This document shows, piece by piece, positions 45,623-56,352 of a stretch of DNA of 64,000 nt. A model generated the notes under the pieces. That model saw only the letters and a program-made list of their open reading frames with translations, had not been told where the DNA came from and made no database searches. Every line of letters starts with the position of its first letter. Position 1 is the first letter of the stretch. Origin of the DNA: a bacterium (GTDB lineage: Bacteria; 4484-113; JAGGVC01). Both the position numbers and the translations under genes were made by a program. The stretch is from assembly GCA_039961635.1 (NCBI GenBank), contig JABRWB010000041.1, forward strand, positions 1,448-65,447, in the 5' to 3' direction.

Positions 45623-46282
45623 CTAAAATTGGACAGCATCCTCCGCATCTGCGGAAAAATATTTCGCCATATACTCGCCGAGAATTCTTTTAAGCGAGTC
45701 ATGGCATTTGGTGCAAGCCGTACCAGCCTTGGTTCTGTTTTGCAAACCCGCGAAATCACGTACTCCTTCCAGAACAGCTTCTTCTATGTCGTTGTCGGTC
45801 ACCTGCAAGCATTCGCATATCACCGCGGAAGGCTTGTCGATGACCTTTTCCGACATTCCAATCCGAGTATAATAGTCATTTATTGCGGCTCTAAGCGCTT
45901 TATCTCCAAGCACGCTGCAGTGAATTTTATGCTCAGGCAAACCGCCGAGCTTTCTAAGTATGTCCCTGGGCGTTAGTGCTCGAGCCTGTTCCAACGTCAT
46001 GCCGCCATCCTCAAGTACGACTTCGCTCATCATTGAAGTGGATGCGATGGCGCTTGCGCAGCCGAAGGTCTTCCATCTCAGATCCCGAATGCGGCCCGAG
46101 TCGCGGTCAACCTTAATCCAAACACGCATCATATCACCGCATACCGGAGAACCGACCGTGCCGATACCGTCCGCGGATGCGTCCCAGTCCGCGGTGTCCG
46201 AATAAAGGGCGTTGCGCGGGTTGAGGAAATGGTCCTTAACCACCTCTCCATAAAGCCAGTCCATCATGTCGAATTCTGCCAT
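45623..46282 (-). CDS. NifU-like Fe-S scaffold: an IscU-type domain fused to a BFD-like [2Fe-2S] domain.
   Basis: GSPVCGDMMRVWIKVD...KIHCSVLGDKALRAAINDY is IscU. ICECLQVTDNDIEE...GTACTKCHD is the BFD CxC...CxxC. Start placed at MAEFDMMDW. Confidence 0.75.
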   Translation of the reverse strand: MAEFDMMDWLYGEVVKDHFLNPRNALYSDTADWDASADGIGTVGSPVCGDMMRVWIKVDRDSGRIRDLRWKTFGCASAIASTSMMSEVVLEDGGMTLEQARALTPRDILRKLGGLPEHKIHCSVLGDKALRAAINDYYTRIGMSEKVIDKPSAVICECLQVTDNDIEEAVLEGVRDFAGLQNRTKAGTACTKCHDSLKRILGEYMAKYFSADAEDAVQF

Positions 46283-46301
46283 TTGCGAAGACCTCGAAAA
46301 A

Positions 46302-47471
46302 TCAAGTCCTGCTGGGTATCGAATACACTTCCAGTCTGAGCCTGTCTTCAGATAAAGCAAGCACTTTCTTTGAATCAAGGCTGAACAGATACTGGGCGCA
46401 TCCATCCTGCACAAGGATTTCGCGGCGGGTGTCAAGCTGCATAATCCACAGGTCTTTTGAATCCGAGTATTCAGGCGGTTCGCCAATACGTTCGGGTATC
46501 CGCAAGTATCCTAGCCATTTGCGGTCCGGCGTCAGACTTGGTTGCAGTTCGTATCCCGAATGCTTGACCAGAACTTGATTTTCCTTTTTTTCGAGGTTGA
46601 AAGTGGAGATGTCCGACTCGTCAAGAAAATCCAGCACCCCGTCCTTGTTTGTATCCCTCGAAACCAGACTGAAGTAAATATCCTTGCCCGAATCGGTTAT
46701 GAACATACTGTGAACGTAGGGAAAAAGCCCCAGAATCGAAGCAGAGTTCTCGTAAAAATCGTATTTCAGAATGTAGTGATCCGCAGGATACTCTCCACGG
46801 AAGCTCCAGCAGTCAATAATAAGGGCATCCAATTCAAAGCTGTACACGATTTCGTCAATTAGGTCAGCGTTGTCCTTGACCACCAGCGCAACAAAGCTGT
46901 TCGTGTTCAAAGAGAGTCTGGCAATCGAAGTCGGCTCGTTTGGAAACAGGTATGGAACCGCTGCGACGTAAAGATACTGGTCGGTCGGATCCCAGGCAAA
47001 TTCCTTAACCCAGAAATTATCCGGCATGTGCTCAAAATTCACAAGTTTCGGCTCGCCGTCCTTAAGGCTGATAACGCGGAAAAACGGCCTGACGGCGGGA
47101 TCCGAAAATGGTTCGTAAAACAGAAGATAATTATGTCCTGGCGACACCGAAAGCTTTAGATTGGAAATGTTTGTGCCGCTCGGAAACAATTTTTCAAGCT
47201 GGGTTGCCGTAATGACCTTGCTGCGGGTGCCATCGTGAATGTTGTGCTTCCACAGGATGCTTCCGTTTGGATTGATTGCATACAGCAACACGTTGTTTTC
47301 GTCGAACCACGCAAACGTGGATATGCGGCTTCCGTCGTTGAATGAGATCGTCCGCGCGTAAGGATTATCCGCCAACGCCGGAGAGATCGAATTCATCAAA
47401 AACACGAGCATCCAAGATGCGAAGCGAAACAATAACGTCTTTTGCATGGGGCACTTATTATACAGGTACAC
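46302..47471 (-). CDS. Secreted beta-propeller (TolB/PD40-like) protein of unknown function.
   Basis: Signal peptide. Repeated beta-strand, Trp/Asp-rich blades. Confidence 0.5.
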   Translation of the reverse strand: MYLYNKCPMQKTLLFRFASWMLVFLMNSISPALADNPYARTISFNDGSRISTFAWFDENNVLLYAINPNGSILWKHNIHDGTRSKVITATQLEKLFPSGTNISNLKLSVSPGHNYLLFYEPFSDPAVRPFFRVISLKDGEPKLVNFEHMPDNFWVKEFAWDPTDQYLYVAAVPYLFPNEPTSIARLSLNTNSFVALVVKDNADLIDEIVYSFELDALIIDCWSFRGEYPADHYILKYDFYENSASILGLFPYVHSMFITDSGKDIYFSLVSRDTNKDGVLDFLDESDISTFNLEKKENQVLVKHSGYELQPSLTPDRKWLGYLRIPERIGEPPEYSDSKDLWIMQLDTRREILVQDGCAQYLFSLDSKKVLALSEDRLRLEVYSIPSRT

Positions 47472-47509
47472 CTTGGCGAAATCGTCCTAATAAGCGCACG
47501 AGCATCAAA

Positions 47510-50500
47510 TCAGGTTACTTCGACTGCCACACCGGGAGTAAGAAAAACCAACTTGGCCGAATCCACCGGCCCCAATCCTGCTTCAACCGCCTTGATGTAG
47601 ACCCACATTTGGAGGAAGTAATTCTCGGCTCTTCCATTTACTTCTGCCATGTCAACCGCGTCCGTTTTCCAGTCAACCAAAATTCTGCGTCGGTCGCATT
47701 CAAAAATCAAGTCCACCGCGCCTTGAGCCACCACGAAATCATCGTCATTAAGCATTACAATTGAGGGGCTGATTGCGGATGATTGCGGCATGTTTGGATT
47801 TGCCAGTGCCGTTAGGGCTCTTAATGCTCTTGGTTCTGATGCGAAGTCCTCTCTATTTAACCTTAACAAAAATCTCCATTCTGTTCTTGCAAATCCTTTC
47901 CCGCTTAAAAAACGCCCAAGCGGCGTTTCCAGAAAAGAATGAATCCGATTCATTTCTATATTGCTTGCATCTGATTCGGCGATTTTGCCCAGAGAAACGA
48001 GCTCCGCAAGAGTTTCTTCCGGATTTATACCGACACCACAACCGAATGGCAAATTGGACATGAGAATGTGAACCGCCGAGCCGAGTCGAAGCGAGTCATT
48101 GCGCAGATTGTGTGAATTTCGCGAGGCATCCCTCGGTTCGAACGATTCGGCGATCATTCGCAAACCTTCCGGATCGTCGTATTTGGATAGGGACGATGCG
48201 CTTATCTTTCGCGGAATGCTTATCGTTGAAGAAAATGGATACTTAAAGAGCACGGCATCGGGAATCTTCAGTTCCGCTTCATTCAACGGAGTTACATCCA
48301 TGCCAAGTTCGGTTTTAAGAGCAAGGTTGGGAAGTGTCTCTTTTCCGATTGCAGCCTTCAGCTCGGATTCCCGGAACACATCGCAGCTCAAATCCGCATC
48401 CAAGCCTTGCGGCGCAATCCCACCAATTTGAACGCCGATTGATTCCAGGGCCGCGTAAACAGGTTTTGCCTCAATAAAAATGGGCATTAGCCAATCCATA
48501 AAGTTGCAGGCTTCGTCCCGTTCCCTTATACATTCGTTTTTGGCGGTCCTCCTCGCTGCATAGCTTACCTTGAAGGCGGATTCGCGTACCGAACCGACCA
48601 TTATCAGCCGTTCTCTTGCGCGCGTTAGGGAAACGTAAAGTTTTCTAGCCTCCTCCTCAAGCATTTTGTGGCGCAGCGCCCGTTCGACAATGCGGTAAGG
48701 AGGAGATGGATAGGTAGCGTGGCGGTTGGGGTGAAGTAACCTGCAACCAAAACCAATTTCACGATCGAAAATTACGGCTCTTTTCGATTCATCGAATCTG
48801 AATTTATGTCCCAAACCGGCTGCGATCACTATCGGAAACTCAAGCCCCTTCGCTTGATGAATGCTTGTGATTTGAACTCGGTCTCCGACCGCCGATGTGG
48901 GAAGTTCGATTTTGTCTTCCGCCGACGCTTTTTTAATCAAATCTCCGAGTCCTCCCGGCGGCATGGATTCCGAAATTCCGGCGAACCATTCCAGTCTGGA
49001 GCTTGAATCCGCTGTCCCGTAACCGAGCCGGGCAAGGCTGTCCAGATTAGAATCGCGTATAGTTTTCAGCACCACTTCAGACAACTCATCCGACTGGGCA
49101 GTTTGGCGCATTTCAGTAAGCCATTCCAGGAAACGCTCAATTTTCAATCGCTCTTCAGTTGCGAATCGCATAAGCTCCTCTGATGGAGCACTTTCGCCCA
49201 AGGCCTCTGAAAGAACTGTCAGAACTTGATTATAACCCTTGCTGGTGACCGAAGACACAACTGCATCGAACAGCAGCTCGCAATGTTCCATTGAGCTTCT
49301 GATGGCAAGAAGGTAGTCAGGCGTTAGGCCGACCAAAGGACCGAGCAAAACCGCAGAAAGCGGAATATCCTGCAACGGATTGTCAATAACGCGCAATATG
49401 CTTAACAGATCCCTAGACAATGGATCGGACATAAGTTGCGCGCTACCTCCTGCTGAAAACCAGAACGGAATTCCGTAACGGCCGAACACCTCCGCATATG
49501 TATCCACCCAATTGACCGGTGCGGACAAAATAAGGGCTACGTGCCTGAACGATATCGGGACAGGCCTTTTCTGCCCATCATTTTCTTCGATTACTTTAAT
49601 TGCAGGCACCGAATTAACCAACGATAAAATTTCCCTGGCGACAAGTGATGCCTCCAGCTCTTTGCGGGATAAGTCGGTTTCTTCAAAGTCGCCGCCCGCA
49701 TTTTCCGTATCAAAATCATCGTTTTCAACCTCTTTGTCGTCTACGCGAGTTCCCGATGACAAAATAAGCTTCAACGATACGTGCGGAGTTACGCATCCGG
49801 ATGCGCACTGGCTCAATTCATTTCCAGCGCCACTTATAAGCTTGTGTCCATCGCAATAGTCAATCCCGCCGAAATTCTCGGAAAAAATCCGTGAAAAAAC
49901 AGCGTTTACCACGTCTATTACGGGTTTGACGCTTCTGAAATTATCGGGCAGGTCGATTAAACTGGACGATTCATCTTTGCCCTTTCGGATAAGGTTCAAT
50001 CGGTTAACAAATAAATCCGGCTCGGCATGCCTGAAGCGATAAATGCTTTGCTTTACATCGCCAACCATAAAAAACATTTTCGCGCGTTGCGACAGGCATT
50101 CGAAAATCGCATCTTGAATAGGGCTGGTGTCCTGATATTCGTCAATAAGAATATGATCGAATCTGTCGGCCAAAACTTCGGCCACATGCTTGTTGCTTGC
50201 CGCTGTTTCGGCTAATAAAGTATGTGCGTATCTTTCCAGGTCGGAAAAATCCAGCATTTTCAAGCGTAGTTTGATTTTCGAAAAGCACTCCGTGTACTTG
50301 TAAACCAAATCTATTAATTCGGGCAATATCTGCGAGGACGAAAACTTTTTCAATTCAGAAAGTATGATAAGCTCCGGAACCAGCCACGTTTTTCTAAAAT
50401 CGGACTTTATCCTGTTTCTAAATTTCACCCAAGACTCCTTAGTTCGATCCAGCTCGTAAATGTTACACTTCGCAGGATAGCGGGGAGTCCAGCTTGCGCC

Positions 50501-51325
50501 CGAAAGAAAGTCATTCATTGCGCCGGTTTTTTCCGTATCCATTGACAGAAATTCAGACAGCAGCTTTACATCGTTGTAAATTGCCTCGCGCCATGCTGCC
50601 GGTATCGCCGACTTTCTGAATTCCGTTTCGAACCATTCAAGTTCGCGCCTGATTTTCTCTATTTCCGCTGTTAAAGCATCTTTGTAAAGCTTACCCCAAG
50701 TCGTGTGCCAAAAACTTTCCGCTGACTTTACTTCATCGTAGAGGCCAAGCCAATATTTGCTTCTGGCTCTCGGCTGGGGCAGTTTTTCGAAAAAATCCGC
50801 CAAATCAAGCACCAAAGTATGCAGCCATTCATCGCCCCTGCCTGTGCCGAATGACCTCAACAACTGCGCATAGCGCTTTTGTCCAGCTTTGCTACTGGCC
50901 ATTTCGGCGATTGTCTTGCCAATAGCGATTTCTTTTAAATTGCGTGACTTATCCTCATCTAGAATTGCAAAGTCCGCGGGAAGAGACAACGGTCCTGCGA
51001 ATTCCCGTATAAGCTGCAAACAAAAAGAATGTATCGTACCAACAGGCGCTTGGGTGATTCTAGGGATCAAAAGCTCCAAATTGCGATCGTTCGATTCAAC
51101 GAGCCTGTTTATTACGCCAATCTTGAGTTGAGACGCTGCTTTTCTGGTGAAAGTAATTGCCAGAATCCGCTCCGGTGCGTTTCCTTCAATTAGCAGTTTT
51201 AAATATCGCTGAATAAGAACGCTAGTTTTTCCCGCTCCAGCAGCAGCGCTTACAAGTATCCGGCGATCGACGGCCTCGATCGCTTTGCGCTGACTCATTG
51301 TCCAGTTCACCGGGCCATTTTTCAT
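47510..51325 (-). CDS. addA: AddA/RecB-type helicase-nuclease (UvrD-like helicase plus C-terminal PD-(D/E)xK nuclease).
   Basis: ILVSAAAGAGKTSVLIQRYLKLL (Walker A)...DEYQDTSPIQ...VDLIFECDRRRILVDWKTD (nuclease motif). Confidence 0.85.
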   Translation of the reverse strand: MKNGPVNWTMSQRKAIEAVDRRILVSAAAGAGKTSVLIQRYLKLLIEGNAPERILAITFTRKAASQLKIGVINRLVESNDRNLELLIPRITQAPVGTIHSFCLQLIREFAGPLSLPADFAILDEDKSRNLKEIAIGKTIAEMASSKAGQKRYAQLLRSFGTGRGDEWLHTLVLDLADFFEKLPQPRARSKYWLGLYDEVKSAESFWHTTWGKLYKDALTAEIEKIRRELEWFETEFRKSAIPAAWREAIYNDVKLLSEFLSMDTEKTGAMNDFLSGASWTPRYPAKCNIYELDRTKESWVKFRNRIKSDFRKTWLVPELIILSELKKFSSSQILPELIDLVYKYTECFSKIKLRLKMLDFSDLERYAHTLLAETAASNKHVAEVLADRFDHILIDEYQDTSPIQDAIFECLSQRAKMFFMVGDVKQSIYRFRHAEPDLFVNRLNLIRKGKDESSSLIDLPDNFRSVKPVIDVVNAVFSRIFSENFGGIDYCDGHKLISGAGNELSQCASGCVTPHVSLKLILSSGTRVDDKEVENDDFDTENAGGDFEETDLSRKELEASLVAREILSLVNSVPAIKVIEENDGQKRPVPISFRHVALILSAPVNWVDTYAEVFGRYGIPFWFSAGGSAQLMSDPLSRDLLSILRVIDNPLQDIPLSAVLLGPLVGLTPDYLLAIRSSMEHCELLFDAVVSSVTSKGYNQVLTVLSEALGESAPSEELMRFATEERLKIERFLEWLTEMRQTAQSDELSEVVLKTIRDSNLDSLARLGYGTADSSSRLEWFAGISESMPPGGLGDLIKKASAEDKIELPTSAVGDRVQITSIHQAKGLEFPIVIAAGLGHKFRFDESKRAVIFDREIGFGCRLLHPNRHATYPSPPYRIVERALRHKMLEEEARKLYVSLTRARERLIMVGSVRESAFKVSYAARRTAKNECIRERDEACNFMDWLMPIFIEAKPVYAALESIGVQIGGIAPQGLDADLSCDVFRESELKAAIGKETLPNLALKTELGMDVTPLNEAELKIPDAVLFKYPFSSTISIPRKISASSLSKYDDPEGLRMIAESFEPRDASRNSHNLRNDSLRLGSAVHILMSNLPFGCGVGINPEETLAELVSLGKIAESDASNIEMNRIHSFLETPLGRFLSGKGFARTEWRFLLRLNREDFASEPRALRALTALANPNMPQSSAISPSIVMLNDDDFVVAQGAVDLIFECDRRRILVDWKTDAVDMAEVNGRAENYFLQMWVYIKAVEAGLGPVDSAKLVFLTPGVAVEVT

Positions 51326-54300
51326 TGGACTCCCTCCAATTCCCGCTTCATAAGGGAGATAACTGATTCTTTATCGCCCGCTTTCCCAGCTAATCTCACA
51401 ATGTCGTGTGAAGGATTCATCCTGCACACGGAAGCATAGTTGCAATAATCGCAAAGACAGTAATTGCCCACTTTTACGGGCGCGACCGCGATTCGACCTT
51501 CCGCTATCTCGGACAGGATTCTGCGCAAATATGCGGTGAACCAGTCGAATAAAGTTTTCCAGTCGCCCGCCCCTATCACGTCTATTTTATTTTGATATCC
51601 GAATCCTCCATTTTTATTAAAGTATATTGAATAGTATTTTGACCAGCCTGTTGCAGACTTATCCAATAACCTTGCCGCATGTTCGCTTATTAGGCCGCGC
51701 GATTTACGCATTATTCCCTTATCTTCTCCAGCATCTTCGAACGTTGGCCGCGAATAAATATCGGGCGAAATGTGAAACCACAGCAACGCGCCTACTTTTG
51801 GCCGCGGCGGGTTATCGGCTACGCCAATTGCTTGAACAATGTTCCCGGCCAACATTTCAAGTGCATACCCATAAAATAAAAGCTGTATATCCAGGCCGTG
51901 AAACAACTTATCCCACGAAATTTTTTTTAGGCCGCTTTTATAATCCACGACTGCAAGGCATCCGCTGTTGGCCTCCAAGTCAATTCTATCAATCCTTCCA
52001 GAAACCAAAAACCGAACATCGTCCACTTCAATTTTTACTTGTGGAAGCGCCCCTTCTTGATTACCAAGCCATTGTTCTGCAAGCAGTGGGTCGAAAAGGC
52101 CCGCATTCAGCGTTTGAAGAATTATAAGGAAAGTTTTTTTGACATCACGTTTGATTTGATCTTGAAGAAGCTTGAATGCCGGAATCCTGCTCCAGTCGCA
52201 AGATGCATCATTAAGGACATAAGTTGCGGCTTCATCCATCAGTGCAAGCAATGCAGATTGGTCGCCACCCCTCCAACAAAGCTTGCGAGTAAGTGATTCT
52301 GTAAGGGTTTTCTCCAGAATTGCGTGATATATTGCGCCTAGGGATAGCGAGTCCGGCCGCCCCTCGGGCCTGTTAAACAACCTTAGGTCGGCCTCGGCGA
52401 AGTAAGCAAACGGGCAAGCTGAATACTTTTCCAATCTGGTTGGCGATATCCGATTGCAGTATTTGACTCGGAGAGCGGTTCCCCATTTATGAAGTTTTGC
52501 CGCGGCAGGAGGAGCCTGCAAATTCAATGTTTCGGCCAATCTCACTTCGCCATTTGAAGGAACCAGTAATTCCCTCTGCATGCCTTTGGATTGAAGATAA
52601 GATGCGAACTCAATAGGTGTTACGGCTTCGCTTAAATTGCGGGGCGTTTCGGGCACGTCGTTTTCCTCGATTCTTCCGGCAGCCCAATCGGGAAGCATCG
52701 AAAGCAACGGAGAAGGAACAGCTTCAGAGGATTCCCTTATTGGAATAGTCACGGTCAAGCTATTTGAAGCGCGAGTGCATGCAACGTAAAACAAATATCT
52801 TTCCATAATAAACCTGCTGACGCCGTCTCCTTCCAGCGGAAATCCCTGTTGCCGCAAATATAATTTTTCCTCTTGCGTGATTAATCCGCCATCCCCGCCT
52901 TTGAGTGGAAATCGTTCGTCAATAAGTCCAAGAAGGAAAACATGTTTTGGAGATTCCTGGCGGCCGCGCTCGATTTCAGAGACAATTACTTCATCCAGTG
53001 CGGGCGGCGGAATTTTTGCTTTTGCATCCGATACGGCAGCTTCAAATAGTTCACTGAACATTCTAACTGACATTTTTTCGTCACCGCACAAAACGCCTAT
53101 TTCATGCAGCGTCCTTACGGCCAAGTTATAAGCTTCAAGCTCAATAATATCTCCGCGCACGCGCTCTTCGATTCCGGGGAACAGCATTTTTACTATTCCC
53201 TGCATCTCATATTCAAATTCAGGCGCAGTTAGGGGACGAGTGATTCTAGAACCATATTCGCCTAGTGAAATCAGAAAGGCAGCCAAATGAGTTTCATGCG
53301 CCGGCTCAAATTCGCCAACAAGCTTAACTGAATGCTCGCATATTCCTTCGTTTGGCACAGCAAAACGAAGCAAAAGATTTTCAAGTCTGTCTGTGGATTC
53401 GAGCGGCACACCGGAATGCGGATTTCGCAGAAGCGACAACATGCTGCGCCTGTCGGGTTCAACCGCAAAATCGAGAAGATCTGAAAACAACCTAAGAGCA
53501 GGTCTGACGGCCAGCGGCCGCGGGCAGTCCAGAAAAAAGGGTATGTCGTATTTGGGAAAGCAATCCGAAATCAATCTTCGATACGGCTCAAGAGACCTGG
53601 ACACGACGGAAATATCTTTGTACCTTACACCCGAGCAAACAAGCCGCCTAATTTCCCTGGCGACAAACCTGATTTCGGCAGATGATGTCGGGACGGCTAC
53701 AAGCCGGAAATCCCTGATTTGCGAGCCTGGCAGCTTCTGTCTGGGCAGGTTATTTGGGGACTTCCTTCCTTGTCTAATGCCGATTTCAAGCGCGTTAAGT
53801 TCGGGTGCTTCGGCGAATCTCCATGTCTTCCGCTCAAGATTAAGGTATTCTCGCTCGATCTTAAACGCCGATGCCATCGAATCCAGAGCAAAGTACGTGG
53901 CCAATGGATATCCCAGTGGCGATGTATCAATTCGATCCCTGGGATTATCTTTATTCTTCCCGCTCGGCGATAGATCGGACGGATTCATAAGAAGAGCAAT
54001 TGTCGTTTGCCTGGAGCCTTGAACAAGCGCACGAATAACGCTTAGTTCGCCCGCCGTAAACCTACTGAAGCCGTCAATCCATAGGCGAAGTGTCCGTTTC
54101 GACAGAAGTTTGGGAATATCACCAGCCAAAATCTCCAATCCCGCGGTGTCATCAACAAGGTTGCGGGATTCCAGTTCCGAATTCAATTTTGCCGCGAGAT
54201 AACTGATGTAATTTATTTTGGAGTGCAACCAAGGTCTTTGGGATGCATCTGCCGCCTCGGCAAGCATTTCCAAAGGAAATCCGCATCTTTTGCATTCCGA

Positions 54301-54678
54301 AATCAAATCCAGAATTTGATCCATTTGCCCGGTACCTGCGGTACCGGTGCTCGCCAAAAACGGGGGCATTTGTTCATCGGCAAGAATCCTGAAAAGCAAC
54401 AACCGCTTAATATTAGGATCGGCGAGTTCTTGTTTAGGCTCGTAGCCAAGAACACGCGGGAGCATTTTGAAACCGGTTATGGCCAAATCGCTGATGACGG
54501 GAGATTTCGATTTTGAAAGGAGCAGCCGCTCGTACTGCGCGGTGGCTTGATCGGGAACCAGCAAAATCATAAGTGATTCCCGGTCCGCACGGTTTGCCGC
54601 GATATCCAATATATCCCGCGCGATTTCGTGCGTTTTCCCGCTGCCTGCAGGTCCTATGATGAATTTTAGTTTAGCCAT
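51322..54678 (-). CDS. addB: AddB-type helicase-nuclease subunit with a C-terminal Fe-S-cluster nuclease domain.
   Basis: MAKLKFIIGPAGSGKTHEIA...C-terminal CLCDYCNYASVCR cysteine cluster. 4-nt overlap with addA. Confidence 0.8.
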   Translation of the reverse strand: MAKLKFIIGPAGSGKTHEIARDILDIAANRADRESLMILLVPDQATAQYERLLLSKSKSPVISDLAITGFKMLPRVLGYEPKQELADPNIKRLLLFRILADEQMPPFLASTGTAGTGQMDQILDLISECKRCGFPLEMLAEAADASQRPWLHSKINYISYLAAKLNSELESRNLVDDTAGLEILAGDIPKLLSKRTLRLWIDGFSRFTAGELSVIRALVQGSRQTTIALLMNPSDLSPSGKNKDNPRDRIDTSPLGYPLATYFALDSMASAFKIEREYLNLERKTWRFAEAPELNALEIGIRQGRKSPNNLPRQKLPGSQIRDFRLVAVPTSSAEIRFVAREIRRLVCSGVRYKDISVVSRSLEPYRRLISDCFPKYDIPFFLDCPRPLAVRPALRLFSDLLDFAVEPDRRSMLSLLRNPHSGVPLESTDRLENLLLRFAVPNEGICEHSVKLVGEFEPAHETHLAAFLISLGEYGSRITRPLTAPEFEYEMQGIVKMLFPGIEERVRGDIIELEAYNLAVRTLHEIGVLCGDEKMSVRMFSELFEAAVSDAKAKIPPPALDEVIVSEIERGRQESPKHVFLLGLIDERFPLKGGDGGLITQEEKLYLRQQGFPLEGDGVSRFIMERYLFYVACTRASNSLTVTIPIRESSEAVPSPLLSMLPDWAAGRIEENDVPETPRNLSEAVTPIEFASYLQSKGMQRELLVPSNGEVRLAETLNLQAPPAAAKLHKWGTALRVKYCNRISPTRLEKYSACPFAYFAEADLRLFNRPEGRPDSLSLGAIYHAILEKTLTESLTRKLCWRGGDQSALLALMDEAATYVLNDASCDWSRIPAFKLLQDQIKRDVKKTFLIILQTLNAGLFDPLLAEQWLGNQEGALPQVKIEVDDVRFLVSGRIDRIDLEANSGCLAVVDYKSGLKKISWDKLFHGLDIQLLFYGYALEMLAGNIVQAIGVADNPPRPKVGALLWFHISPDIYSRPTFEDAGEDKGIMRKSRGLISEHAARLLDKSATGWSKYYSIYFNKNGGFGYQNKIDVIGAGDWKTLFDWFTAYLRRILSEIAEGRIAVAPVKVGNYCLCDYCNYASVCRMNPSHDIVRLAGKAGDKESVISLMKRELEGVQ

Positions 54679-54808
54679 ATTTATGCCGCTTCGTTGCCGC
54701 GGAATAAGGATTATACAAGCCCCGGTCGGGTACAATCTGCACGTGCCGGCAATCAACGATTCAGGGAAACCTCCGGGCAGCTTTCCGCCGCCTTCCCGGT
54801 TTCACAAA

Positions 54809-56338
54809 ATGGACGACAGGCTTGTCGTCGACAGGAACGCGGTAAATTTCACTCTTCGCGGATTTCTGATACTTATAGCAGGCGGATTTGCAATTTTGCT
54901 TCTGGCCCAGGCGATCAGCATGCTGTTCGCCCCTCCGAACTTGTCCAGGATGTCGGACAATCAGCTGAAGAAGTTGTCCAAGAAGGTTAAATCTGCCTTG
55001 GGATCCGGTGCCGGGGTAATAGCTTCGCGTTATGAAAACGGACGCTCAAAGATGTATGCATATCCTCTTTCGCAAGAAAAGCCAATTTTGTTGGATGTCG
55101 CGTATTCGATGAGCGGCGGCACCAGTTTCATGTCCAGGTACGAAAACGCGTTCGACTACTTGCGGGAGGATAGGCATCCGGTTGACATTCTGGATCATGT
55201 TAAATTGCTTTTGCAGAATATCGCTGGCCTATTCGGAAGGGAAAACAGTCCGAACTTAGCGTTGCAAATGTATCCATCGGTTTACAGCCGTTTTGTAATT
55301 AGACTGGACGATTTCAATATCGCTTCCGGGGAGAAGTTTTCACTGCCTCCTGACCCAAGAGGAAGCACTGCAAGGGCGATTGTGATTCCTGATCCAAGCG
55401 GCCGCAACCTCTTTATCTGTCGCTCTGACGGCCCGCTGTTTTTCGACGGGAAAACCGGAGAAAAAGAAGTTACCATCGAAATGGCGCCAGCGGATCAACT
55501 TGGAGGATACAGCGCGCCCGCGGTGACGCGCAGATTTAAAATTAAACTGCCTGAATTGAACGGGTCTCGGGAGCCGATCAGGAACATAATCCGTCCGCTT
55601 CAGGGCGCGAAAAACGGGGTGTATTTTGTATTTTACACAGTCGGGGGGGAAAAACAGGTGATTGTTCAAAGCGGTATTATATTTTGCAGTATGTTGGACG
55701 ATACAGGCGCAAAAATGGTTGCGCATTTGGTTCCAGAACACGTTGCGCAAAATGGTGAGCTGGTCAATACTTTTGTCATAGCTACTTACGTGGAATCAAC
55801 AGGGACATTGCTTGGTGTTGTCGAAAATCTTTGGGAGGATGGATATTATAGGATAATGGCTAGCTTCGATCCAATGAGCAGCATGTTTAAACCGCTGTTC
55901 AAGGTGGGTTGGGATTCGACCGGCGGGCTTATAGACTACAAATTGGACGAATACTTTTTTTTCACTTCCAAAAAGCCGGAACAAGCATCAAGCTTTCCAT
56001 TTCGAAAAACGTCGTTTCGCGATGAGAACGAAGCCGTAATCGGTATGGATTCCGCCGGACCGGACGCAAATTACATTCTTTGCAGGTTGAATTTGAAATC
56101 GTTCACTTTAAAGGAGATTATAGCCACTTCTGCGAACGTGCGCGGCTTTCGAACAATGGGATACGGTTATTCCACGCCGGTTTTTACTCTTTCGGAAACA
56201 ACCAGGGAAGTTATTTACGCCGATCAGCACAAGCTGATGTCGGTCGATTACGAGGGCGGAGTCCCCAGGACTATTGCAGATGATGGTTCCGGCAACTGGA
56301 ACATGCTTTGGTCAATCGAGGCAAATCCGGATGGTTGA
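54809..56338 (+). CDS. Membrane-anchored periplasmic hypothetical protein (about 510 aa).
   Basis: TM segment LRGFLILIAGGFAILLLAQAI, then a mixed alpha/beta domain. No motif recognised. Divergent from addB. Confidence 0.5.
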   Translation: MDDRLVVDRNAVNFTLRGFLILIAGGFAILLLAQAISMLFAPPNLSRMSDNQLKKLSKKVKSALGSGAGVIASRYENGRSKMYAYPLSQEKPILLDVAYSMSGGTSFMSRYENAFDYLREDRHPVDILDHVKLLLQNIAGLFGRENSPNLALQMYPSVYSRFVIRLDDFNIASGEKFSLPPDPRGSTARAIVIPDPSGRNLFICRSDGPLFFDGKTGEKEVTIEMAPADQLGGYSAPAVTRRFKIKLPELNGSREPIRNIIRPLQGAKNGVYFVFYTVGGEKQVIVQSGIIFCSMLDDTGAKMVAHLVPEHVAQNGELVNTFVIATYVESTGTLLGVVENLWEDGYYRIMASFDPMSSMFKPLFKVGWDSTGGLIDYKLDEYFFFTSKKPEQASSFPFRKTSFRDENEAVIGMDSAGPDANYILCRLNLKSFTLKEIIATSANVRGFRTMGYGYSTPVFTLSETTREVIYADQHKLMSVDYEGGVPRTIADDGSGNWNMLWSIEANPDG

Positions 56339-56352
56339 TTTTAGGCAATGGT

